This document shows, piece by piece, positions 10,001 through 20,080 of a stretch of DNA of 64,000 bases. Made by a program: the position numbers and the translations under genes. The stretch's first letter is position 1; every line of letters starts with the position of its first letter. Source of the DNA: an uncultured Candidatus Cloacimonadota bacterium (GTDB lineage Bacteria > Cloacimonadota > Cloacimonadia > Cloacimonadales > JAJBBL01); assembly GCA_964464175.1 (NCBI GenBank), contig CAYXFD010000006.1:2893-66892 (forward strand). The letters are read 5' to 3'. The notes under the pieces were generated by a model that worked only from the letters and a program-made list of their open reading frames with translations, had not been told where the DNA came from and did no database searches.

Positions 10001-11437
10001 TCATTGTTGATTCGCTTTCTTTAATCGTTTGATAAACTCATCTTTGCCCAAGATATTGAAAAGTGCCGGGATATTCGGACCGTGTGGTTTTCCGAACAAG
10101 CAGAGTCGTAAAGGGAAATACAGATCTTTCCCTTTTATTTTGAGCTCTTCCGTAGTCTGTTTAATTAGTTGTTCAATTGTTTCTTCGGTAACTTCCGGTT
10201 GTTTCGCCAGTTCCTGGAGCCAATAGGAATACAATTTCCGGGCATTCTCACTTTTAAGAAGCTGCAGGTCTTCATTGCTGTATTCCAACTCTTCATAAAA
10301 CATCTTAGTTTGCTCGATTATTTCAGGCAGGAGAGTAATTCTCTCCCGGGCAAATTCAATAACTTTTTTGAACTTTGTCTTGTCGCTGAGATCATATCCT
10401 GCCTTCAAATAGTAATCCCTAACCCGGTCGGCAAGATCATCCAAATCCATATTTCTCAGATAATGACCATTCATCCATTTCAGTTTTTCCAGATCGAAAA
10501 CAGCCCCTGATTTTGTAATCCTTTTCAAGCTGAAAACCTGTTCTAACTCCTGCAGGGAAAAGATCTCCCGATCACTGGAATCATGCCAGCCCAATAAGGC
10601 AACGAAATTTATAAGTGCTTCCGGCAAGAAGCCCTTCTCCAAAAAATCCTCGACTGCGACATCTCCCTGCCTCTTACTTAACTTACTCTTGTCGGGATTA
10701 AGAAGCAAAGGGAGATGGGCGTATTCAGGTTTTTCCCATCCGAACGCTTCATAGAGGAAGATGTGTTTCGGGGTACTGCTTAGCCATTCTTCACCCCGGA
10801 TAACATGACTTATCTCCATTAGATGGTCATCGATCACGTTAGCCAGATGGTAAGTAGGATAACCATCCGATTTGATCAGTATCTGATCATCAACCATATC
10901 CCAGGGAAAGGCAACTTCTTCTCTGATCAGATCAAAAAATCTGATCGTACCGGTTTCCGGCAGCTTTGCTCTGATGACACAGGATTCTCCGTTTTCTAAT
11001 CTCTTTTGCACTTCTGCGGGAGGCAGGCTTCGGCATCTGCCGTCGTATCTGATCATCTCTTTTTCCTCTCTCTGTTTATCCCGCATTTCGCTCAGAGTTT
11101 CCGGGGTACAGAAACAGTAATAAGCCTTATCTTCTGCAAGCAGCTGTTGAGCACGACGGTGGTATATCTCGTTCCGCTGTGACTGGAAATAAGGACCAAA
11201 ATTACCCTCTTTATCAGGTCCTTCATCATAAGTTATCCCAATTTGCTTTAATGTCCGCAGCAGACTCTCTGTTGCTCCTTCGATATAGCGGCTCCGATCA
11301 GTATCTTCTATTCTTAAAATAAAGGAACCTCCGTTTTTTTGGGCAAAAAGATAATTATATAATGCTGTTCGCAATCCACCGACGTGTAGATATCCGGTAG
11401 GACTGGGAGCAAATCTCACTCTGACGAATTTGTTCAT
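10001..11437 (-). CDS. gltX: glutamate--tRNA ligase
   Basis: Motifs RFAPSPTGYLHVGGLRTAL and KLSKR. The ORF extends to a TTG at 11470. The ATG at 11437 with GGGAGG upstream is the likelier start. Confidence 0.92.
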   Translation of the reverse strand: MNKFVRVRFAPSPTGYLHVGGLRTALYNYLFAQKNGGSFILRIEDTDRSRYIEGATESLLRTLKQIGITYDEGPDKEGNFGPYFQSQRNEIYHRRAQQLLAEDKAYYCFCTPETLSEMRDKQREEKEMIRYDGRCRSLPPAEVQKRLENGESCVIRAKLPETGTIRFFDLIREEVAFPWDMVDDQILIKSDGYPTYHLANVIDDHLMEISHVIRGEEWLSSTPKHIFLYEAFGWEKPEYAHLPLLLNPDKSKLSKRQGDVAVEDFLEKGFLPEALINFVALLGWHDSSDREIFSLQELEQVFSLKRITKSGAVFDLEKLKWMNGHYLRNMDLDDLADRVRDYYLKAGYDLSDKTKFKKVIEFARERITLLPEIIEQTKMFYEELEYSNEDLQLLKSENARKLYSYWLQELAKQPEVTEETIEQLIKQTTEELKIKGKDLYFPLRLCLFGKPHGPNIPALFNILGKDEFIKRLKKANQQ

Positions 11438-11650
11438 TCCATACCTCCCTGTTGTTGACAATATTTTCAAGTTTTATTTTTCCTATGTAGTGTCAATGAT
11501 TTAGTTAGTCCCGATTCTCTGACAGAACCTAAACCGGATTATCTCTATTCCTCTTGGAAAGGGTTACAGACGAAGGTGTTCAAATCAGGTTGCTGACTTC
11601 GTAGAGGGAGTGAGAGCGTTAATATTTCGTGCTCCGTTATCACTAATAAT

Positions 11651-11689
11651 CTGAGATAAAAATATATTGACTTATTATCTCAGTTTTTT
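11651..11689 (+). promoter_or_regulatory. terminator-like hairpin plus T6 in the 5' leader of the 11760 gene
   Basis: CTGAGATAA (11651-11659) pairs with TTATCTCAG (11675-11683) and is followed by TTTTTT. There is no upstream plus-strand gene for it to terminate. Confidence 0.3.
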
Positions 11690-11759
11690 GTACTCTATTC
11701 GAAGTGAATTCGAGAGATAAGTAGTATAATTTTCAAACAATGAATATAGGAGAATCATT

Positions 11760-14399
11760 ATGAAACACGCAGGTATTTTTTTAATCACGGTTATTATTCT
11801 TGTCTGGAGCTCCTTGATGCTTTCAGCTCCGTCCGATCTTGAAAAATTCCAGGCTAATTCCGGTACTTTGTCAACGCTGCAGGAGAGAACTGAGTATTTT
11901 GTTGATTTTGAAGGAGATGGCGAAACCAAAACGAGTTATACCGCCGGTACGGTTAGTTTGAGTGGAAAAGATTGGCTTTTGGACAACATATTAATAGGGA
12001 CACACGATAACGATCTGAAATTTGGTGACAGATCAGCCAGGTTCAGACATCAGACGGCATTGGCTGCTACGATGACCATGCTGGAGGATAAAGTAAATGG
12101 CCTGGGGACGTTATCTTTTTATTATTCCCGGTCTAACTTTTCTAACGATGGGGCACCGGATGCACCGGTTATTGTGGTTGAATATAGTACTAATCAGGGT
12201 GATGACTGGGTTCAGATCGGAACTGATATCAACCTTGATGGTGTTAATGATCTGACCTTATATTCCAACACGGTCAATGTCGAAGGGAATGTGAGGATCA
12301 GATTTCGCAGTATTTCCGGTAGTGACGGGAGAAGATTCAACATTGACGACATTTTGCTAACCGATCATGGAGATGATCAAGCCGTAGCAATGCCCACTTT
12401 CGATCCCCCGGGAAGCTCTTATTTCGGTACGGTAATGGTCACGATATCGACCACTACTCCGGATGCTACAATTTACTATACTACTGATGAGAGTGAACCT
12501 ACGGAAGATTCCTTCCTCTTTGCAGATCCTATCGAGGTAGATGAATCAATGGTCATCAAAGCACGCGGATATGCAGCAGGCTTTAATCCCAGTTTAGTAT
12601 CGACAGCAAATTACACGATAATAACTCCGGTTGAAGTTACTGATGTAGCTGCTCTGCGAAGCAGTCCTCAGGATGATACAGTTTACCATTTATCGAATGA
12701 GGTGATTTTGACCTTCCAGCAATCGTTTCGCAGCCAGAAGTATATCCAGGATAATACTGCCGGGATATTGATTGATGATAATTCCGGGATCATAACGACA
12801 GATTATGAGGTTTATGACGGCATAACAGGTTTGATGGGTACTTTGAGTACTTACGGTAATATGGTGCAGTTCGTTCCGGTTCAGGATCCCGGGGCTGCTT
12901 CTTCGGAAAACAATCAGGTTCTTCCCCTTACTATTACGTTAGCAGATTACATTGATAATTTCATGGATTATCAATCGAGACTGGTGAAGATCAATAATGT
13001 CAGTTTCACGACTGCAGACGGGACTGCCCAGTTTTCTACCGGACAGGTATATCCCATCAGTGATGGAACCCTAACCATTGATTTCCGGACTACTTTCTAT
13101 GATGCAGATTATATTGGAGAGATAATTCCGATTGAAAGTATCTCTCTGCAGGGATTGCCTAATTCCCGGTCTGAAGGTGATTTTATTACTGCCCGGAGTT
13201 TAGCTGATTTTCTTCCGGCATCAGGGGATATTGATCTGATCATCCAGCCTCAAATGGTTAACTTCGGAGAGATTGTTGTCAATGAGGTATCCGAACCGGT
13301 GAACATTACCCTGACCAACAACGGCAGCATTAACATAACCTTAGTTGATCTCTTATTAGATGGAGATGATACCGCTGATTTCATTCTGGAAGATATCAAT
13401 GACTATCCTTTGGTTCTAACTCCGCAGGAAGAGATTGATTTCAATGTCTCTTATTCTCCTACTGAAGAGGGATTAAGCAGTGCTTTCGTTGAGATCGAGG
13501 TGACCGATAATGACAATGTAGTCTTTTATGAAGTATCTCTCAGCGGCAATGGTGTATTATTGAATCCACCCCAGAATGTCGCTGCTGAGATCATTAACTG
13601 GCACGATGTTGAGATTACCTGGGAGAGCCCTCAAACTCAAGGAAACAGACAGACGAGAGAGTTACTGGGTTATGATGTCTATAGGAATGATTTTCTGATC
13701 AGCCCCGATACACCATTACCTCCATCAGTCACAGCATACGTGGATTTAGAGGTACCTGCCGGACTCCATGAATACTATGTCAGGGCTCTATACAGTACCA
13801 CCTGTGCTGGTTCTGATACAGTGGAAGTTTCCATTACAGAATCTGTCGGTCTTGTAGGAATGAACCCCGAACCGGGGAGTTATCAAAGTGAAGTTACAGT
13901 TACTCTTTCTGTTCAAAGTGATGACTGGGACGGAGTAATCTTCTACACTTTAGACGGAACTGAACCAAACGATGAGTCTTTGGTCTATGATAATCCCATT
14001 TATATCACGGAAACCTTAACCATTAAAGCCAGAGCTTACGAGTTTGGAGCGGTAACCGGAGAAGTTTCGAGTGGGGAATACCTCATAGTGGTTTCGACGG
14101 ACGACGGATCTTTAGCTCCTTTAACAACAATTCTCAGACAGAATTATCCTAATCCTTTCAATCCTGAGACTGTTATCAGTTTCTCTCTGAAGGAAGATGA
14201 CCGGGTTAGAATCTCAGTATATAATATCAGAGGGGAGAGGATCTATACACTTCTGGATAGCAATCTGGAAGCAGGAGAGCATAGCTTGTTGTGGGAAGGA
14301 AAGGATGATCAGGGAAGGGTAATGCCGACCGGTGTCTATTTCTACCGGATGGAGACTTCGAAGGAGAGTTTAAGCAAGAAAATGCTGCTGATAAAATAA
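11760..14399 (+). CDS. secreted multidomain surface protein with T9SS-type C-terminal sorting domain
   Basis: 879 aa; signal peptide; SD AGGAGA. Two chitobiase/hexosaminidase-C-like (FN3-associated) modules (ATIYYTTDESEPTEDS...IKARGY and VIFYTLDGTEPNDES...IKARAY). Ig-like region VNFGEIVVNEVSEPVNITLTNNGS. C-terminal domain at 14142-14396 (NYPNPFNPET...GVYFYR...KMLLIK). Confidence 0.7.
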   Translation: MKHAGIFLITVIILVWSSLMLSAPSDLEKFQANSGTLSTLQERTEYFVDFEGDGETKTSYTAGTVSLSGKDWLLDNILIGTHDNDLKFGDRSARFRHQTALAATMTMLEDKVNGLGTLSFYYSRSNFSNDGAPDAPVIVVEYSTNQGDDWVQIGTDINLDGVNDLTLYSNTVNVEGNVRIRFRSISGSDGRRFNIDDILLTDHGDDQAVAMPTFDPPGSSYFGTVMVTISTTTPDATIYYTTDESEPTEDSFLFADPIEVDESMVIKARGYAAGFNPSLVSTANYTIITPVEVTDVAALRSSPQDDTVYHLSNEVILTFQQSFRSQKYIQDNTAGILIDDNSGIITTDYEVYDGITGLMGTLSTYGNMVQFVPVQDPGAASSENNQVLPLTITLADYIDNFMDYQSRLVKINNVSFTTADGTAQFSTGQVYPISDGTLTIDFRTTFYDADYIGEIIPIESISLQGLPNSRSEGDFITARSLADFLPASGDIDLIIQPQMVNFGEIVVNEVSEPVNITLTNNGSINITLVDLLLDGDDTADFILEDINDYPLVLTPQEEIDFNVSYSPTEEGLSSAFVEIEVTDNDNVVFYEVSLSGNGVLLNPPQNVAAEIINWHDVEITWESPQTQGNRQTRELLGYDVYRNDFLISPDTPLPPSVTAYVDLEVPAGLHEYYVRALYSTTCAGSDTVEVSITESVGLVGMNPEPGSYQSEVTVTLSVQSDDWDGVIFYTLDGTEPNDESLVYDNPIYITETLTIKARAYEFGAVTGEVSSGEYLIVVSTDDGSLAPLTTILRQNYPNPFNPETVISFSLKEDDRVRISVYNIRGERIYTLLDSNLEAGEHSLLWEGKDDQGRVMPTGVYFYRMETSKESLSKKMLLIK

Positions 14400-14542
14400 A
14401 AGCATACAGCTTCTTAAGAGTAAATTCCGGAGTATCTGTTAAAAGAAGCTCAGGGAAGGTATTGATAAAGTAATTGGCAAGGTTATTGCTTGCAGTTAGT
14501 TTAGCAGAATAAACAGAGAGATAATAGATCACGGAGGTTATT

Positions 14543-17500
14543 ATGAAAGGTGTATTAATTGCCTTAATACTATGTCTGCTTACCGGATTTGTCTATGCGG
14601 AGTGGACGATAGTGGCATCATATCCAATTACCGGTAAAGCATCAGGTTTAGCTTATGACGGTACATATCTTTACTTTGGTATTTACGGGGCTGACGGAGG
14701 AAGGATTTTTCAGTTTGACCCTGTGACCGGGCAGGAGACTTTGCTGTTCAACAATCCCAACTTATCCGACAGTTACGGATTAACTTATGACGGACAGAAT
14801 CTCTGGACTATCGATAGAGTAGCTCCGAGTTCAACACCTGCTTACGCCTTGAAACTCGATATGACGGGTAATATCATCTCCCAGTTTGATCTGCCTGATT
14901 TCTATATGTCGGGAATAGCCTATGATGACGGGGATTTTTGGGTGATGACCTATTATCCCGATCCCGGAGTAGTCTATAAAGTTACCGATACAGGAACGAT
15001 CCTTCAACAGTTTACACCACCGGAAGACCAACCTTGGGATATCTGTCTGCAGGGAGATGACCTTTGGATAGTTGATTATTGGGAATATACGATCCACAGA
15101 GTAGATCAGACCGGTACTATTTTAGAAGCTCAAATGTCGGAGATCCAAAGACCGGCAGGAATTGTCCATGACGGGCAGTATCTCTGGTATCTGGCAGGAG
15201 CACTCGGGCAGCCGAGTACACTCTATAAAGTTGATCTTGGCGGGACAGGAACTCCGGTTATTAACGTTACTTATAATGACTATGATTTTGGGAATGTACT
15301 GATAGATGATACCGTATCAGCCGATATAACAGTATCAAACAGCGGTACGGGTGATTTAGTCATCAGCGATATCTCATTCTTTTCCGACATCTTTGCCACA
15401 GATGCTCTCTTTCCGATTACTCTGGAACCGACTCAAACAGCGGTTGTGTCCTATACTTTTACCCCCGACAACTGGGGTGAGTTTATTGACGTTATGACAA
15501 TTCACTCCAATGACCCGATTACTCCTGCCAAAGAGGTTGATGTAGCAGGATACGGAGTATTTCCGGAAGCCCATATTGCTGCAGTACCTGATAATTATGA
15601 CTATGGCATGGTTAGAGCAGGTGCTGATACAGGAAGATTTTTCACGATCAGCAATCAGGGTATGACTGATCTGCAGATCAGTAACCTTAGCTTCTCGGAA
15701 CAGAGCTTCTTTATCGATGACACGGTGGAATTTCCGATTACCCTAACAACACGGGAAGAGTATGAACTGAGGATCTGGTTTCATCCTGGAGGTGCCGGTC
15801 AGATCACCTCTACAGCTACATTCAGCAGTAACGATCCTTCAAATCCCCAGTATGATGTAACCCTGGTGGGAACCGGTCAGACCGCCGATCTAACCATAGG
15901 AACGCAGCTTTGGAGCTATCAGATAGAAGGAACAACTTTTACCAATATCCGGGCGATAAAACCGATTGAAGATATCTGGGGTAATGGCTTAAATGACGTT
16001 ATAATCTGTGGTGAAGATAATTATGTCAGAGCTTTCAATGGAAATTCCTCTGGTCTTGGTGACGTCATCTGGGAACAGCATATCCCTTCCGGAGCTGTCT
16101 ATTCGTACCGCGGATTGACGATAGCCGGAGATTTGAACGGAGACGGTTACGATGATGTCGTTGTCGGGACAACCGGGGGAGACCGTTCGGTTAGAGCTTA
16201 TTCCGGGAAAACCGGTACTCAGCTCTGGCAGTTCAATACTAATAATTACGGAAGCGGCGGCTGGGTTTATCAGGTAGATGCCCGGTTTGATTACAATAAT
16301 GATGGAGTTGCAGACGTTCTTGCCGCTACCGGAGATGATGTTAACGGATTAGGTCCGAAACGAATCTTTTTGATCAACGGAGCAAACGGAACCTTGATCT
16401 GGGAGAGATATGCTATGGGACCGGCTTTTTCTGTGATAGGAATAAACGATTTCAATGGCGATGGTATTCCTGATGTACTCGCCGGCACCTCGAATGAATC
16501 TGAGACCCAAGCTTCGGTCTTTGGTATCAATGGAGCAAACGGCAATATCTTATGGTCATTCCAGCCTGCCGGAAGCTCTGTCTGGGCTTTAGCCCAAATT
16601 GACGATCTAACTGATAATGGAATCCCTGATGTCATGGTAGGTTCTTTTATGGGCGGAGGGAATTACTATGCCCTCAATGCCACGAACGGAGAAGTAATCT
16701 GGTCAGGTTCTACCGGTGCTACGCTGGTTATGGATTTTAAGGTGTTAGGTGATGTAAACGGAAACGGTTATAATGATATTGCTGTCGGTCATACTTCAGC
16801 ACATGCTGCTGTCATTGGAGGTTCTGACGGTCAGTATGTCTGGTCACAAGGGCTTGCCGACAATGCCTGGAATATTGATAATGCCGGTGATCTCACCGGG
16901 AACGGGATCAACGATCTGGTTGTCGGCACACTCTATCAGAGTAATTATGCCTACTTTATCGACAGTACAGACGGGGAAATCCTCGCTTCCATTCCGACCG
17001 GAACACCTGTCGATGCGATCGGAACGATTGGAGATGTTACCGGTGACAATTCCCGGGAGATGATAGTCGGAGGCAGAAACGGTATCATCCGCTGTCATTC
17101 GGGCGGACCGGTAGCTGATCAGGAACCGGGTTATATTGAAGGTAATATTGAGATTAGTGAAGGACCGGGAGATGTAACTGAAGTTGAGGTTTCCGCTAAT
17201 GGAACAACTGTGAATCCCAATGAAGACGGTGATTATTTTCTTGCTTTACCACCGGGTACTTATACGGTAACAGCTACACTTGTGGGTTATATTGCCGATC
17301 CGGTAACGAATGTAGCCGTTGTAGCTAATGAAGTGACAGCGGGAGTTGATATTCAGTTGGAGTTGTTACCTCTTACCGCACCGGCAGATCTTATCGTCGA
17401 TGTCCAGACCGGAGTGTTAAATTGGGAGATGCCAGATTCAGAGCATGATTATTATCCTCTGCACTACAATGTATATCTCGATGACAACTTCATTGATGAT

Positions 17501-17929
17501 ACGGAAGAATTGACCTATACCTTGGAGGATTTAACACCTGAGGTTACCTATATAGCAGGAGTTTCAGCAGTTTACCCTACCGGAGAATCTGAACTGACTA
17601 CTATTGAGTTCACCTTCGAAGGGGTAGATACGGATGATGATCTCTTGCCGCTCGTTACCAAGGTTCATGGAAACTATCCCAATCCCTTCAATCCGGAAAC
17701 CAGGATCCTTTTTTCCTTAGAATCTCCCTCTCAGGTTATTCTTGATATCTTCAATATTAAAGGCGAAAGAGTAAGAAGACTGGTCAATGAAAAGCTGGAG
17801 AGAGGCAATCACAGCAGGGTCTGGAACGGTGAAAACGAAACAGGGAAACGCCAGGCAAGCGGGATATATTTCTACCGGTTTAAGACGGCAGATCATAGTG
17901 AAACCGGGAAAATGTTGATGTTGAAGTAA
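14543..17929 (+). CDS. secreted FG-GAP/integrin-alpha-like beta-propeller protein with T9SS-type C-terminal domain
   Basis: 1128 aa with a signal peptide. N-terminal propeller-like repeats (GLAYDGTYLYF, GLTYDGQNLWT, GIAYDDGDFWV, GIVHDGQYLWY). Two Ig-like modules. Seven Ca-binding-type FG-GAP repeats (DLNGDGYDDVVVGT, DYNNDGVADVLAAT, DFNGDGIPDVLAGT and others). CarboxypepD_reg-like module (PPGTYTVTATLVGY). C-terminal domain at 17672-17926. Confidence 0.75.
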   Translation: MKGVLIALILCLLTGFVYAEWTIVASYPITGKASGLAYDGTYLYFGIYGADGGRIFQFDPVTGQETLLFNNPNLSDSYGLTYDGQNLWTIDRVAPSSTPAYALKLDMTGNIISQFDLPDFYMSGIAYDDGDFWVMTYYPDPGVVYKVTDTGTILQQFTPPEDQPWDICLQGDDLWIVDYWEYTIHRVDQTGTILEAQMSEIQRPAGIVHDGQYLWYLAGALGQPSTLYKVDLGGTGTPVINVTYNDYDFGNVLIDDTVSADITVSNSGTGDLVISDISFFSDIFATDALFPITLEPTQTAVVSYTFTPDNWGEFIDVMTIHSNDPITPAKEVDVAGYGVFPEAHIAAVPDNYDYGMVRAGADTGRFFTISNQGMTDLQISNLSFSEQSFFIDDTVEFPITLTTREEYELRIWFHPGGAGQITSTATFSSNDPSNPQYDVTLVGTGQTADLTIGTQLWSYQIEGTTFTNIRAIKPIEDIWGNGLNDVIICGEDNYVRAFNGNSSGLGDVIWEQHIPSGAVYSYRGLTIAGDLNGDGYDDVVVGTTGGDRSVRAYSGKTGTQLWQFNTNNYGSGGWVYQVDARFDYNNDGVADVLAATGDDVNGLGPKRIFLINGANGTLIWERYAMGPAFSVIGINDFNGDGIPDVLAGTSNESETQASVFGINGANGNILWSFQPAGSSVWALAQIDDLTDNGIPDVMVGSFMGGGNYYALNATNGEVIWSGSTGATLVMDFKVLGDVNGNGYNDIAVGHTSAHAAVIGGSDGQYVWSQGLADNAWNIDNAGDLTGNGINDLVVGTLYQSNYAYFIDSTDGEILASIPTGTPVDAIGTIGDVTGDNSREMIVGGRNGIIRCHSGGPVADQEPGYIEGNIEISEGPGDVTEVEVSANGTTVNPNEDGDYFLALPPGTYTVTATLVGYIADPVTNVAVVANEVTAGVDIQLELLPLTAPADLIVDVQTGVLNWEMPDSEHDYYPLHYNVYLDDNFIDDTEELTYTLEDLTPEVTYIAGVSAVYPTGESELTTIEFTFEGVDTDDDLLPLVTKVHGNYPNPFNPETRILFSLESPSQVILDIFNIKGERVRRLVNEKLERGNHSRVWNGENETGKRQASGIYFYRFKTADHSETGKMLMLK

Positions 17930-17986
17930 CAACGGAGAGAAAATTTTCACAATTAGTGATGATCCGTGTTTTATCGCCTATCAGAG

Positions 17987-18020
17987 AAAAACGGCGGGAA
18001 TTTTCCCGCCGTTTTTCTTT
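17987..18020. terminator. bidirectional intrinsic terminator between convergent genes
   Basis: ACGGCGGG (17991-17998) pairs with CCCGCCGT (18005-18012). It is flanked by an A-run upstream and a T-run downstream. Confidence 0.85.
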
Positions 18021-18075
18021 TTACTCCCAAAGGGGATAATTCTTACTGTTCAAATAACTTCAACGAATCAAAGGT

Positions 18076-20028
18076 TTATTTCTCGTAAGAGAAGACGATA
18101 CCGCTGTTAGGAAAGATCCATTCTTCGTTACCGGTTTTCACTTTTATAGTCTTTTCCTTCTTCGCTATCACCGGATATTTACTCTGCCCGGATAATATGC
18201 TGACCACTTCAATTTCACCGATATCTGTTTCGGAATAAGCAAAGCTGATCTCTACTCCCTGGGTGATCTCGGTGATATAGACGGTGAGTTGGTGTGATTT
18301 TTTCGGATAATATGTCTTGGTTGCTATCGAGAAATCGACCTCTTGTCCGACCAGATCCTGTAAGCCGGCATGACTGCATTTTATTTCCATACAACCGTTT
18401 CTAACTTCTCTTTCATGATTAAGGTTGATACTGTTTATGCTGACAGTTGTTACTTCGAAAGATCCGGAGGAGAGGCTGAAGTTCTCGTCCAGAAGCCAGC
18501 GGTACTCTACATCACGGCGGCGGAAATAGACCTCCAGGTCTTCATAACGGTTTGCGCAGGCAACATAAAAGAACTCCTGCTGCAAGATCTTTCTGAAAGT
18601 AAGGGTGGTTTCTACTTCGTAGTACTCTGACAGGCTTTTATCCTGAGGTTCATTAAAAGTTATCTGGTGCCGGAAATCTTTACGGTAATGGATGTTCTCA
18701 TCCTTATCGGTAAAGAATCTTTTGAGAAACTCGGTGTATAATAGGGAAGCAATCTCTTTGCTCTGTAATCTTTGACTGATGGCAGTTTCAATGATAGTAT
18801 TGAGTTTTGTATCGGAAAAATCATGAGAAACAAAACCTCTTCTGGCCAGGGGAGAGGTGGCAACAATTCGCTCATCCCGGCGGTAATAGCGTCTTGCCCG
18901 CCTGCCGATCTGACTCAACAGCTCGTAGGAGAGTCCCTTGTAAAGTGCCGTTACCTTTTCCGGAGATAAATCCCCGCTATTGAGCAGGATAACCTCATCT
19001 TCGATACATATATCAGGATTATCGGTGATATCAATCGTGATCATATCCATACTGACCCTGCCCACCACCGGATACAAGCGGTCTCTGATAATAACTCTGC
19101 CCCGGTTGGAAAGCAGAAAATCATATCCGTCAGCGTAACCGACAGGTACTATAGCGTAAACTGTTTCCCGTTCCGCTTTGAAGGTGCGGTTATAACCAAT
19201 TGTTTCACCCTTATCTGCCTGTTTTATCTGACAGACAACCGATTTGAAAGTCATAACCGGTCTTAGATCGATCTTTTCCCGCAAACTCTCCTCAGAATAT
19301 ACTCCGTAAGATAAGAGACCGATCCTCACAAGATTGGCATAGTCCGGTGAACAGGTAATAATCCCCGAACTGTTGGCTATATGCACGTACTTAAAGGGGG
19401 AACTGAGTTTATTGAGCAGCCGGTGAAATCTCTCCGCTTGAAGTTGAGTAAACTCCTTATCGGATTCGCTGCTGCTGAAATGACTGAAGATCCCCTCAAT
19501 TTCAATATTTGGCAGTAATTCTATCTGTTTGATTATCTCTGCTGCTTTATCATAGCGAATACCGCTTCTACCCATTCCGGTATCGATCTCTAATTGTACC
19601 CTGAATCTGAAACTCTGAGCGTCAGTCGCTTCTATTCCCGCGGCAACACTGTTCTTCCGGGAAGCTATTTTGTGATTGAGTTCACGGGCAAACTCCAGGT
19701 TACCTACTGTTGGAGTGAGTCTGTTCTCCAGAACAAGATCAATCTCTTCCGGAAAACTCGGGGAAAGGATGAGGATGGGGATTTTGATGTTCTGATAACG
19801 GAGTAAAGCCCCCTCTTCGGCGTTAGCAACCCCCAGGTAAGAAGCACCGAGCTTTATGCTTTGTAAGGCTATCTCATAAGCACCGTGACCATAAGCGTCA
19901 GCCTTAACGATCTGCATAAATCCGGTTTTCTCCGGTAAGAGACTTCGTAACTGTTCAAGATTATGGCTGAAGCTGTCCAGATCGATCTCGACCCAGCTCC
20001 TTTCAAATCCCATGTTCCCCTTTCTCAT
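18076..20028 (-). CDS. alr: alanine racemase fused to a ~255-aa C-terminal domain of unknown function
   Basis: 650 aa. Alr motifs are VKADAYGHGA (PLP Lys), IDTGMGRSG, GETIGYNRTF (catalytic Tyr region), VPVGYADGY and VGRVSMDM. The racemase ends near aa 390 and the ORF continues uninterrupted to aa 650. Confidence 0.85.
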   Translation of the reverse strand: MRKGNMGFERSWVEIDLDSFSHNLEQLRSLLPEKTGFMQIVKADAYGHGAYEIALQSIKLGASYLGVANAEEGALLRYQNIKIPILILSPSFPEEIDLVLENRLTPTVGNLEFARELNHKIASRKNSVAAGIEATDAQSFRFRVQLEIDTGMGRSGIRYDKAAEIIKQIELLPNIEIEGIFSHFSSSESDKEFTQLQAERFHRLLNKLSSPFKYVHIANSSGIITCSPDYANLVRIGLLSYGVYSEESLREKIDLRPVMTFKSVVCQIKQADKGETIGYNRTFKAERETVYAIVPVGYADGYDFLLSNRGRVIIRDRLYPVVGRVSMDMITIDITDNPDICIEDEVILLNSGDLSPEKVTALYKGLSYELLSQIGRRARRYYRRDERIVATSPLARRGFVSHDFSDTKLNTIIETAISQRLQSKEIASLLYTEFLKRFFTDKDENIHYRKDFRHQITFNEPQDKSLSEYYEVETTLTFRKILQQEFFYVACANRYEDLEVYFRRRDVEYRWLLDENFSLSSGSFEVTTVSINSINLNHEREVRNGCMEIKCSHAGLQDLVGQEVDFSIATKTYYPKKSHQLTVYITEITQGVEISFAYSETDIGEIEVVSILSGQSKYPVIAKKEKTIKVKTGNEEWIFPNSGIVFSYEK

Positions 20029-20080
20029 CAGACTTAAATTACTATTCCCAGTTAAAATCCTGTTCTGGCAAATCTTTTTG

